Positions 24,453-36,637 of a DNA stretch of 64,000 nucleotides are shown piece by piece (position 1 is the first letter of the stretch; each line of letters begins with the position of its first letter). Origin of the DNA: Pseudovirgaria hyperparasitica (taxonomy: Eukaryota); the NCBI GenBank assembly GCA_010093815.1, contig ML996577.1. One strand, given 5' to 3'. Made by a program: the position numbers and the translations under genes. Under the pieces are notes generated by a model, which saw only the letters and a program-made list of their open reading frames with translations, was not told the origin of the DNA and did no database searches.

Positions 24453-27400
24453 GAGATGGGAGTCTTGCATCGGGCATACCTTCCTGTCTGGAAAGCGTTA
24501 GGCATGGGTTTGAGATTGTATGGTTTGTTGTCTACTCTATATGGTTTATGTTCGTCTATACCTCGTCGTTTGTAAGATACATACGCTCATGATATCCGTC
24601 CGACTGAACACGTACGTGCTCACCAACTGTGGAATTCATCGTTGCGAAGACCACATCTGCCATCACTACGCCTTTAAGACTCCACCAACCTATCATCCTC
24701 ATCGAACCACCTCACCGTCCCCTCAGACCTCCCCAGCTCCAACTACAACGCCCTAATACCACGACAAGTCACTACCAAAACCTCCTGTCTGGCCCCACCG
24801 TCCATCGACCCCAGCATACGCACCGCAATACAACACTCGCACGCGCTCCAGACTCCATAACTCATATAAATCCAGGTTTGATGAGAATATAGACTTGGGC
24901 ACGTTGTAGTGATTAGTGCATACTCGAGCAACGAACCCTCCCTACCATCTCGTCTCCATATCTTGCGTGTCCCTGGGTATGACATATCGTCGTAGCTAGG
25001 TCGTCTCATGTGGTCGGATTGATCTAGGCCAGTGCCATGAGACTTTAAGCCAGCAATGAAGGCATAGCATGCTGTTGCCTCCGATCCCTCAAAGAACTCC
25101 TGTGCAGGGCATCAATATGAGACGCCCTCAAGGCGCGTTGAGCTCGACATACACTTGCCGTCAACCTCGGCAGGTAGTAAGAGATCACTCTCTGCCCCGT
25201 AGTCTACTTCCGCAAATCCGTCGTATGGATACGGAATAGTATCCACCAGGCTCGAAATCCGGTTGTCTGATAGCCAAGTCAAACAAGCAAAGACGATGTT
25301 GGGTTTGCTGTGTGCATCTGCTGTCGACTCATCACCTTAGGCGGCTCTTCGTCTCTGTTGTAGTGTCGCTTTGGGCTAATGTTAAGTGTGTAGTAGTTTT
25401 CGTACCCGACAATCCCTTCTTTTTTTGCTCTCCCGAAGGAAGGACACTTCTCGTGGAAATCGGTATTGGGAGATGTGCGTGGATCGTCGAAAGAGGATTT
25501 GAAAATCGAGGAGAAAGGAAATCGTATCTTTGGAGGACGATAGTCTGCTATAGTGGTATACTACAGTACTACACGATAAAATGCAGAACCTGTGCAACAT
25601 CTCGACATTAGAGACCAAAACTATGCGCCCAAAAGCGACGAAAATTAGACTATCAAGTTCAAACACCGTAGGTCCAAAGACAAAAGACGGAGCAAAGCCT
25701 ACTAGAAGTAACTCACTCTCACGAATTGGGGCGATAGATAGGCAACAACAGTTTTCGTTGGGGTACAAAATCAAATACAAGAAAACGATTCTCTTATAAT
25801 CAGTGGCATTGTTCTCTGTCTGCCTCGCAGGTCATAAACCACCAAAATACGCAAACTATGATGCTACACAGCTACATATCACCGCATCTCCCTTCGCGGT
25901 ATACTAAATATCTGAAGGTTGTTCAGAGAAGGGATATGGCCCGTTAGGGATTGTCTCTTAGTACGCGTGCTCCATGAGCTGCCTCATCACCAACAGAGCT
26001 ATCGTACCAGCCACCCTGTGTACCGCTCACGGGCCTCCATTGAAGCTATGTGCAACGTACGTTGGTATTATAGTTGTAGTCGAGATCATCATGTCTTCGA
26101 GCGGGTGTTCCCAATCTGTAGTGCCTATGCAGGCGATCAGACGGAGGATCAACAGGCCTTCGTTGACTCTGGAACCACGCAAGGGTCTAGTAGCAACGAT
26201 CTGACCGTCGGTAGCCCTGACTGAGAGTATTGGGCCCTAGAGTAGCTTGATGATAGGGCATGTGGTATGGTTCTGTAGTAGTAGTCTCTAGCTCTAGGGC
26301 ACTCGCAGGGTATTTTCTGCCAGCGACGCTAGGACGGTTTATTGTTGATCCGTCCCGTCTCTACCTCCTTTGTGAACAACACGCTGTTCTGCCCACTGCT
26401 CGAGTCCACAACTCTTATTTTATATATCTGCGTAGCGGGCCACGGTAAGTTTGGAACGATGCAATGTGTTGTATGGACGATTGCAGGAGGTCATGATGAG
26501 TCCTAGTAGGGTGTCAATCATGTACTAGCAATCATGAAAAGATTTACGTCGTACTTGCTGTTGAGTGTTTTCTTGTGCTTGGTGTATTTTTCTGCGAAGT
26601 TTTTTTTCTTGTGCCTCGTTGATGTTTATGCTTTATGGTAGGTCGTCGAGTGTTTGATCCGAGCGATCAGTGCGAACGGGGGATGTAAGAGCATGGATTT
26701 GTGGATCATCGAAGTAGGATCTAGGGTTCTGAGGAGGATGCCAGATGCAAAGGACGTAAGAGCATGGATGAAATGGACAGGGCAAGTGCAGATGGTGGAC
26801 GCGTCGACGCTCTCGACTATCGTTCAATTAAGGCCCTTGTCGTCCAGTCTGCAATCCGCCCTCATGGGTATGCCCTCGGCAAAAACAAAACGACTCCAAG
26901 GCTAGAGAAGAGATCGAAGCCTCTCGCAAGCATAGAAGCCTCACTATTAGGAAGCGATGGTATAGCGAGATAGCAAGCTGTGCCCGGCGCCTGGACAGCC
27001 CAAGACGCTCCCTCGTCTGGCCCGCTTAGGGGCTGTGCCCTGGCAAGGACACGACACTGAACGCTGAATGCTCCTATCTTCCCAGCGAGCATCAAGCTCT
27101 CCTACCCCTCTATACTACCCCTCTCTATGTTAAAGACACCTTTGCAATAGGGAGTACTTCGGCATAAGCCCAGTCCTATAGGCTTTTCGCGGAGGGGTTT
27201 CGTGGTACTCTATCTGGTGTTCTTGCAGATCTGCTCTCGTTGCAGACAGCAAGGTGGGCTCTCAATGCTCTGCCCGGGAGCTCGCGCATGCTGACTCACC
27301 CCCTCAAGTATTTATTGAACCTCACACGTACTGTTCAACGATAACTTGAACAACAACTTTTGTGACAACACATTCTGTTTTCTCAAGTTACACACTATCA

Positions 27401-28749
27401 AAACACTTTCAATCATCTTTCTCAATCATCTTCAAGATGATTTCTTTCGCCACAGTCATCTGTGGACCTTGGGGCCGCTCCCAGAGCACCCCTTCCTCAA
27501 CGGTGGCCGTATACAGGCCCCTGCGTCCCTGCCACCGCCTTTCGGTGGTGGCAGAGGCGCGACGGGTAGAACGGTCGGTTGGGAAGGGGTTCCTGGGGCG
27601 GAAAAAGGTAAGGAAAGAGAAGGAGAAGAAGGAGGAGGTGAAGGGTTTGGGAGGGAAGGGGTGGTGGAGGAACAAGTGGGACATGGAGAAGTTGAGGATG
27701 AGCAGGGCTCACAAGTAGATAGACACAACAGGTAGGTCTCCCCGACATTCATTTGGCACTTTCAGCACCTTATATAGTTCCCCTGGGCATCGGTAGATAG
27801 TGGAGTCAAAGTCCTATGCGCGGCGTCCTCGTCGCGACTCTGGAGACTTCTGTAACCATGAAGGTTCAGATGAGCTGACAGCGCAAGGCACCTGTATGAT
27901 AGTTGTAGATAGAACAAATATACTTGACTTGACAATCACATTCTACTATAGCCATCAGAGCTTTAGCAGGTTCTTCCGTTCTGGCCGTTGTGAACATGTG
28001 ATGGCATCTTGACAGCAGCAGAAGGAGCGGTACAAGACACGTTGCAAAACAACTTGAAAACTTATGAAAAAGCAGTTCTCTTATGATAGGTACACGAGGA
28101 AACTACTACCCAATAGTATAAGACGCGTTTCCTCCTGCTAATGCATCTATGATATGAGATATCCAGTAGCCTAGAGAGCGATTTTGCTTAACTCTGAACC
28201 CCAAAAACTCATTAGAGAACAGCGTCAAATCAAGTCCTCTACGTGATCTTATCCTATATTACCGGTATCCAACGCACTTGGAGGCGATTCCTCGACTCGC
28301 AATCACCTTAAATACTGTTTATCCATCACCCAGAACGCCGTTGACTCACGCCTGTTGAACCAGATAATGTACGCAAAGCACCTTAAAATCCGCTTTCTCT
28401 ACGCTTCTATTCTAAGGAATGACCTATCCAGATATCGTACGAGTCCTTGTCCTATCCTCGACTACCTAAAATCTGCTCTCGAGCGGTCCGTAAATCCATC
28501 TTCGCCTCGGTGCACACAGCGGGAACGCAGGATTACGTAACACAAAAGACGAAAATATAGTAATGGGCACAAAAATCAACAAGCATAGATGATATCCAAA
28601 GTGCCAAAAAGAGTCAAAGACAGCAAAGTGTTTATATGAATATATGTACATAACGAACAAAATCCCTTCAGAATGTAGGTACAACCAGTATCAAGTATTC
28701 AACGATCAGAATCCCCTTTCCTCAATTTTACGTGTCTTGATCGTCCCAT

Positions 28750-30078
28750 TTACCTAAACAAGTCCCTGGCATGGTTCCTTTCCCCGCCATGCTTGAAGTA
28801 CTTGTGCAGTATGTACGAGAGCCAGTCGAGAAGATCTTTCAACGTAGTACCTTCTGGTAGTGGAGGTGTATTAGCATCGGAGCCAGGGGTCGGGCTTGGA
28901 ATGGCAGGGAAAGGACTGTTCAAAAAGCCAGACGGAATGACTGTAAGAATCTCATCGATCTGAGAAACAAGGGCGGTAGGCAGTACGACGCTCGAAGTGG
29001 GTGTGGTATCCGCCGCAACCGCAGCAGTGATGGCAACTGGTGAAGGGGCTAGTAATTCATCGGAGGATGATGCAGGAGCAGCAGTTGGAGCGGCGCAGTC
29101 GCTGACATCGATGTAACTTGTGACTGTGATGATCGAGGACGGAGATGCTTGAGTGATGGGCTCAAATGCAGACGTAGGAACCACTTCGGACTTGATCGAA
29201 GAAGGTCCTGAGGACGGGACCACAACAGGAGACGACGTAAATGCGGAGCTTGGTAGCTGAGAAGGGTCGACAGGAGTGGGAGACAAGGTTGGAGCCACGC
29301 TCAATGTACCTCCACTTGGCTGCGCACCAGATATTTCTCCTGAGATGAGGGCCGGACCAGGGATTGTGTACTCGATGGGTGCTGAGTAGAGGTTGAACAA
29401 AATTCCAGGGTCGGTGGACTTGTATAAAGCAGTACCTGCTACGCCGGCAGGATTGTTGGCGCCAGTTCCTGTGACTTGCAGGTTGATACACTGAGGATAG
29501 TTCTGGGCGCCATTATCTTGTCCAGCAGAGTGGAGAGCAATTATCTCGTGGCGAAGCACATAGTTTCCCGGCGCGATGTCGGTTGGAATCGTGACTTCCC
29601 AAGTATTGTTGTTGGCAATGAGTTCATCAGATGCCCATGTACCAGGCGCGGTAGATCCGTCGACAACACCACCTTGACTAATTTTGAAGAAATTCAGAGA
29701 TGTCTTGTCAACCGCGGAACAATTCCCTTCGCAATTGGCCAGATAGTCAATCACAGGCCCATGATGACTTTCCGGCCAGACCGACCAGAAAAGAGAAACA
29801 GTGCCTCCGGCTGCGACCTTTGCAGACGCTCCTCCAGGGGTCGCTCCTTTATGGCAGATGATATCAGGGTTGGCGTAAGCATCTGGAGCAACAAATCCAT
29901 TGTCTTGTGTTTCAGGGGCAGTCCATCCGATGACAGTAGGAGGGCTTGGCTGATACTGAAAGCTAGGATCGTATCCTTGGTACCAGACACCATCGGCAAC
30001 GACCTCAATGACACGACCATGAGCCGCGACCGAAGTAGCAAGGGCTCCGATCAGAGCAGAAACTTGAAGAACGAACAT
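28750..30078 (-). CDS. AA9 (GH61) lytic polysaccharide monooxygenase with Ser/Thr/Pro-rich C-terminal extension
   Basis: Signal peptide [19 protein letters not shown] followed by the N-terminal His. Motifs [33 protein letters not shown] and GAQNYPQC. Intronless, with no Cys-rich CBM1. Confidence 0.97.
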   Translation of the reverse strand: MFVLQVSALIGALATSVAAHGRVIEVVADGVWYQGYDPSFQYQPSPPTVIGWTAPETQDNGFVAPDAYANPDIICHKGATPGGASAKVAAGGTVSLFWSVWPESHHGPVIDYLANCEGNCSAVDKTSLNFFKISQGGVVDGSTAPGTWASDELIANNNTWEVTIPTDIAPGNYVLRHEIIALHSAGQDNGAQNYPQCINLQVTGTGANNPAGVAGTALYKSTDPGILFNLYSAPIEYTIPGPALISGEISGAQPSGGTLSVAPTLSPTPVDPSQLPSSAFTSSPVVVPSSGPSSIKSEVVPTSAFEPITQASPSSIITVTSYIDVSDCAAPTAAPASSSDELLAPSPVAITAAVAADTTPTSSVVLPTALVSQIDEILTVIPSGFLNSPFPAIPSPTPGSDANTPPLPEGTTLKDLLDWLSYILHKYFKHGGERNHARDLFR

Positions 30079-33000
30079 GATAAGACAGATTCCAGATCAA
30101 TGATAATGAATGTTAAAAGATAGTGTGTCGTTATTCCAGCTTCAATCTATGAAGAACGATGCGAGTAAAGAGTGTGAGGTCAACGACCGAAGAATGCAAG
30201 GCTTGTTTGGAGGAAGAGCGTAGAGAGTTTGAAGACAGGCGGCTGTACCTGTTTTATATCTGTTTCTCACAGCGATGAACTTTCGAGATGCCTCCGCCAA
30301 CCATTACGTGCAAGCTCTGAAGTTGAGGCGGCTAATCGCAGCTGTACTGTCGCTATGGGAGTAAGATCATAATCTAAACAGCCACATGTTTCGTATCGCC
30401 AATGTAGGTGTGTTTGCGTCCGAGGAATATTCGGCAGTTGTGGTTAGATTGATTGTATGACAACGGGTGCATGTCTGAATCGGACAAGCACGAGGTACAT
30501 GACTCTTCTGATGCTCAGAGGCAAGTCAGAAAAATTATGGTACCGACGTCGTTTGAATTGAGTGGAAGGACGTTCGATGGATATCAGGCGGGTAATGTTT
30601 GCAACTATTGCCTGAGGCAGAAACAAGGGGCTTTCATCTAAAACTTTTCATCTAAGCCACTGATTAAATTCTTAGGATACACAGCCTAATAGTCAATCAC
30701 CATGCCACGTATCCTCACACACTTCTGAGATCTCATATGCCAGATACATGTTTTATTAGTACACTCCAGAGACTACGTATATTTGGGATCTTACCAACAC
30801 TGTCAAACCCCTGGTCGCCTCCATGCGATATGCTATGAAATGCATTCCTTACCGCCTTCTGTATGGCCATGGTTTATTCGAAGTTGGCGCTAAATCGATG
30901 AATAGATCTCACGTTTGCCCGATCTACGTTTACCGCCCAGATGTTCCGTCACCCTAGTCAGGGATGAAACCTTATATGTGACAGCCATTCGTCTCCACCA
31001 CGGCCCCGCCTTCTGGGATGCTATCCACTGAAAAATATAGTTTTTCCGTCTATCAGGAGACCCGGCATTTCATGTACTTGATTTGCCTCTCTTATGTCAG
31101 CCGTGTGCGCAAAGAGTGTAGATACCTCTGAGTCCAATTCTTGTCTTTTGTATCTTCGCAGCTCACTTTAGTGCTAGAAGATGCACAAATATTTTCTTTT
31201 TACTGCCAGAGTCGAAAGTCTTCCCTATTTTTGTACCGCGTGTGAGAATTTCGATGGCTACGTATATCGGGTTGCTGTTGACTTTAACTAGAGGCGACAA
31301 CTAGTAACTGTAAACAGCCGCTGGACAGACATACTCTTACGAGGTTCAGATGATCGACGCCTTCGAGTATATCGCTCTCTCTTCCTTCACCATATTCCAT
31401 CCAGCTTCTTATCTCAAGTCTTGAGAAGCAACAATAGATTCTTTGGGTGAGAATCATGACCACCTCTGTCGACTTTCCAACCTGCTGTCTACCCTTCTTT
31501 ATCCTTCTCTTAGAATTGTTTTGATCAGCTGTGATCAACTCGAAATCCCAGTTTCCTCTAACTCGTTTTCTCCGTACAGAGTCTTAAGATTCTTCTTGTG
31601 TCAAATCTGCTATGTTTCGTCTGATCGAGAGGGTCATCCATGCCGGACGTGGTGCAATCTTTCAGTCAATCTTGCTATGACATAGTGCTCTCAGGTTTGC
31701 GCGAGAATCGTGGTATCGAAGAATCTGTATGTGATGGACTTATGGGAGTTAGCTTTCAATCCCTGATGGCATTATGTGAGTATAAATCACGTTTGACTTT
31801 GTGGTCGTGCCACAATGAATTCGTGTTGTGTTCTACCGGTCACAAAGCTTGGTCCCAATATCATAGCTTTGTTCTCATTGTAGTTCAGAGGTCGAATTTT
31901 CACTGCCTTTGCAATCAGCAGCTTTCGTATTCGATTAAGACTCTCATGGGTATCGGTCTTACAAACATACTGTCTGTAACCAAGCGATAGTGAGGCCATT
32001 GTAGTAGGACCGTACTCGATTCTTGCTTCATGGTCATCCCTGCCGCAGTAAGAACAAGTGCAAGAGGGTTTATTTCAAAGCTGTCATGGCTGCAGTTAGT
32101 ACAAGTTCTCATCTTCATCTTGAAGACTGACTCGGTATGTGGTTTCAGAAATCACAGAGGCATGTAAGGCGCAGAGAGGAACTTCAGAGTAACTTTGGAG
32201 TGGATCTTCAAGAGACTGTGTGAGAACGTGAGTGGGTGTAAGTGTATCGTTTTGGTGAAAACTACCTCTGTGAACTGTAGACTCAGTCCGAGACGACGAC
32301 TAAGGGCTCGGGAACCGCCCGCAAGACTGCCGCGCCAATGCTGCCGTAAGTGAAGAAGTCGCTATGCACAACCTCATCAACTTCAGTAAGACCAGAATAT
32401 TTAGAATTCTATCTATATAGTTCTGTACATAGGAATTACGAGTGAAATCAGCCTCGACCAGGTCACTATCTTAAAGAGACTCAGAGTTGAACTGGAGTGC
32501 AAAAGAAGTCGTAATACACAAGTTAAAGATCACGTTTCCTTCAGAGTTGAACCAGGAGCGTAACCGACCAAAAAAATCTTCGGGATACTCTGAATAGGCG
32601 TGTCTTTGTTCCCTGCAATGTTACTATTTGACCAATTGCCCGAAGGCAAAGCTTCTTGGAAATGGGAAAACTATATTTTGTGATTCTGGGACTTTGGTTT
32701 CGAAATCACCTGCACAAGAAACCCGTGCTATTCCGGTCTCGATCTTCTACGCATCAGGCTCCCGTCACCCATGTCTCCTCAGAGTATCACCAGCGCTCCT
32801 TTGCCAAGCAGTACGCAGATACGCTCCTTGCTGCCAACGAATACACGGCACAACCTCACGAAAGGGGTCGCAGTTCCAACTTGGCTGGTAGACAATACAA
32901 AACTTCCGGGATCAAAACAACAGCCCTTCGTCCTCCTTCGCCTTCGTTATGATAACACGAGCCTTTGGACAGCTGAAGTTGGAGAGTGTGCACAAACGTA

Positions 33001-36000
33001 ACTGAGAAACGATAGTATTAAGTATCCCAAGAGTATACAAGTACATCACGACAGCATATCTGTTGCTGATCACCATACTGCCCGATTCTTCTGATCTGGC
33101 TACCCAGGATCAGCCATCACCGAATCGGCTCCACCGGTTTTACTCCCTGCACATTGCCAGCGAAATATGGTTCATCAGGATATACGATGTCTGGCTCTCC
33201 TGGATACCCGGGCTCTCCCTGCTGTGGCTGATGCCAGGTACGTATAACATAGCCCTTTGCGGTGACAGCGAACTCATCTGCGATAGCACGCTCTGGTGTG
33301 CATCGCTCACCATGCACGAACGACTCCAACCCTGGCTCCTCGAATCCGCAGACAATCCAGAAAGAGTACACAGGGGCGCTTGAGAGAGGATTAGTCAAGC
33401 AAAGAGTCAGAGGAAAGGGAATCCGAGACATACGCAAGCCCTACAATGGCACCAAGAAAGAGAGGGACACGCATTTCGATACTGGCGAAAAAGCTTGAGA
33501 ATATTGTAGCAGGACTTGTCAGAACGAGCTTCAGAAATGAAAGAGTACGGATTTTACCAGTCATAAAAGAATCGCTCCTTTGTTCTTATAGTTTGTTCTC
33601 CAACATAATATTACTGCAATGCTGTTTCACGCGGTTTTGCGCCGTGAAACAAGCACCTTACCGTCCTGCATCTACGATCCGAAGCACGTCCCATTCTTCT
33701 CTACGAGACCTAGACCTATCTGTGCTGCTTTGCCGTGCCACAGCTATGACTGGTGCCTATACAAAGGATATCATGGCCTAATTACTCATACAATACAGCT
33801 GGCTTTGTACTCCCTAGTTCGCGACAACCCAATTTTTCCTCCAAATATATCCGTATCCACACTTTCCAATAATTGACAGAATCACTGAAAAAACAGACAG
33901 GCTTGAATGTGTGCACTTTTGAATCGGGGAAAAATAGCAGTTCTTGTACCAGGTGTTCAGACTCATATCCACCGTCGCGCCTCCCGTGTACAGCAAGCCG
34001 AGCGAGATCTTGTCCTACACTTGTGTCCATGTTCTCACCTCTTCAATACAGCAGTATTGTACCTATGTCATACAACGCCGAATCACCAACGGGTCTGTTC
34101 GTTGTCTATACCAATGCCCTTCTCGACAGTTACCTTGCGGAAACACTGGCTCTGTACAAGCACCTCAGGCGTACAATAATCTTTCCGAGACTATGTGCTC
34201 GACCTATATATGCCAGAAGATCTTTCAACCAGAGTCCAGACCGACCGTCATACAAGCTATCAGGATCCATGGCCTCCCCATTACGAAGCACATGGACCTC
34301 CCATGCTTAAATGGCACCTCCATAACATACAAGCATACTCTCGCATGGCTCATTTGCACTTAAAGCTTCAAGAAGACTTTTTCGATGGCCAGAACTTCTA
34401 AACCACTCAGTCACTCCCCTCTCTCCCCCTGGACTCATAGACAAAACTGGTTAGATAAGTACCAAGATCACTTTTAACACACAACTAGCATTACGGACTG
34501 ACATGTTTTCTCGTTAGCTACTATACCTACATACCCTCTTGTGCTACCGAAAAGCATCATTTTCGCTCATTATCGTATTAGGCCACCAGATATCCTGTAT
34601 GGTGCACACTCCCATAACCGGTTCGTTGGTCTCCTTGTACCACTCTGTGATGATTGACTGCTTCTCGCTGAGCTGACTCTTGCTAGACAAGTTCTCATAC
34701 TCTCGCGTACCTCCTCACTCTCGCATAGTCGAGGGCCTATACTTGCATGACCTACTTCCACTGACACCCCTCTACCACCTTACGTCGTTACAACACATAT
34801 CTACCGTACAAACCACCAATACACTCTGCTCAGTCACACCCTCTCCCGAGAACCCAAATACAACCACGCACGCACACATGACCCACCCTCTCCTTTTCCA
34901 GCTACACTCTCATTCAAGTCCTACACCAAGACCAGAACAATCGTCCTACGCGTGTCAAGACACCCCAAACAGAACAGACCATACCAATTCAACTTTCACA
35001 TAGCTCCCATCTTCCCTTCCTCCCTTCCCTCCCCCATAGTAATATAACACCAAACAAACATACATACCAACGTAGTACCCAACCACCCCTTATACTACAC
35101 CCATCACTCCAGACCTACCAGACAGACAGGCCCAACACCGCTCGAAATCGACCCCCTTTCGATAACCATACCACACCCTAGCTCTCGAACATCGAATCCA
35201 TAAAAACAGAAACTGTGTCGTATTGACTGTCACCCTTTTCTTCGTTCAAAACACAGCGTACTATGCAGCGTCTTGAGGAGTGGATGATGGGCCTTCTACC
35301 GTGTATATCTTCCTTCCTTCCTTCAGATAACCTTCGGGATATCTCTCTCCCCCCTAAGCAAATGTTATTTCCATGAAAAAGAAACTGGAAAAAGAGGATT
35401 GTTCGGTTCCCAAACAAGATCAACGAGATTGCGACAATCCAAGGTACTCAGCATAGTCGCAAATGGAGTTTTTATCGGTTTGCGCCCAAACTTCACACAC
35501 ATGGGAAGCGTGTCAAAAGCTCACGTCACCAATGAAGCAAGCTTTGCACGTTAACGGACGTACAAACGTACCATAGATCTAGATAGACGTAGACATAGGA
35601 TGGGAAACAAAGCAATCACACATATCTTATCATCCATCACATTCATACCAGGTGGGTGCACAAGGAGAAATTTCGAATAACCACGATTTGCTACATCCAG
35701 TGGAATAACAACCAATCCATGCATTACCATGTCCATCGCAAAACAAGCTCCACAACCCACCACATCAGCTAGTACCACAACAATTGTGCTTCCCATGCCG
35801 AATCGTGATTTCTCCATCCGTAACAAACATTGCCCTATGATAGTCTCGTCCCATAATAAGCAAGACTTGTTTGTCCCCAATTTCGTGATTTTTATAACAA
35901 AGCAGTAATTCAAGGATGAAGAAGAAGTAACTTGCTGACCTAAGCCCTGGCAGACGCGCCTTCACGCACGGAAGAGCCAACACGTGCAGATGCAGGTGGT

Positions 36001-36637
36001 CTTGAACGTGAAGAGGGAAAGAAAGGAAATTGTGGTGACGTATCGTGAAAGCAAATATAGGAAATGCGTGTCAGCTTTACAAAGATTAAACCTCGCCCTC
36101 GCCCCTCAGATCAAAGTGCCACTGTCCGAAGCCGTTCTCTTCTTTGACAGGTGTACAGTATTGGACTGGATAGGTGTTGGGTTGTGAGTTTGGCTTATCA
36201 GAGAGACACGGTGCTCGGACGTATGATACCAGACGTTGTCTTCATGAAAGGTCGTATGCATGCTTGAGGGGGTAATAACAGTGTTGAAGTTGTGGGTGAA
36301 TGCAGGTACATCGTCGTAAGGGGGCCGAGAAGCAAAGCCAATGCATGGTTGCTGTGCTTCTGTCAAAATCGAAGATCGAGTTTACAGACCGAGAAAGGAG
36401 ATGAAGAATATCGTGCCGAATGTTGTACAACAGGGTTTGTCTTCGTGGCGGTTCGTGAAATGGAAACTCCGGAAATGGATGCACATCAGGATCTAAGTGT
36501 AGAATCGGCCGTGATGTTATGCTGTATGTATTGAACGCTTGGTCGAAGAAATGACGAGCTGGTGGTAGTACGTCTGAGATTGCCGCCGGTGCGTAGGAAA
36601 TGAGAACGGTTGTTGATGACAGTTATACAGTCGCTAC

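Noticed and set aside
32025..32065. CSYCGRDDH fragment as a retroelement gag zinc knuckle
   Set aside because: The final Cys is missing, and there are no RT, integrase or LTR remnants nearby.
35550..36637. TGTA-containing motifs in the PUF4 3' region as autoregulatory sites
   Set aside because: The few scattered short matches are compatible with chance, and the UTR end is unknown.
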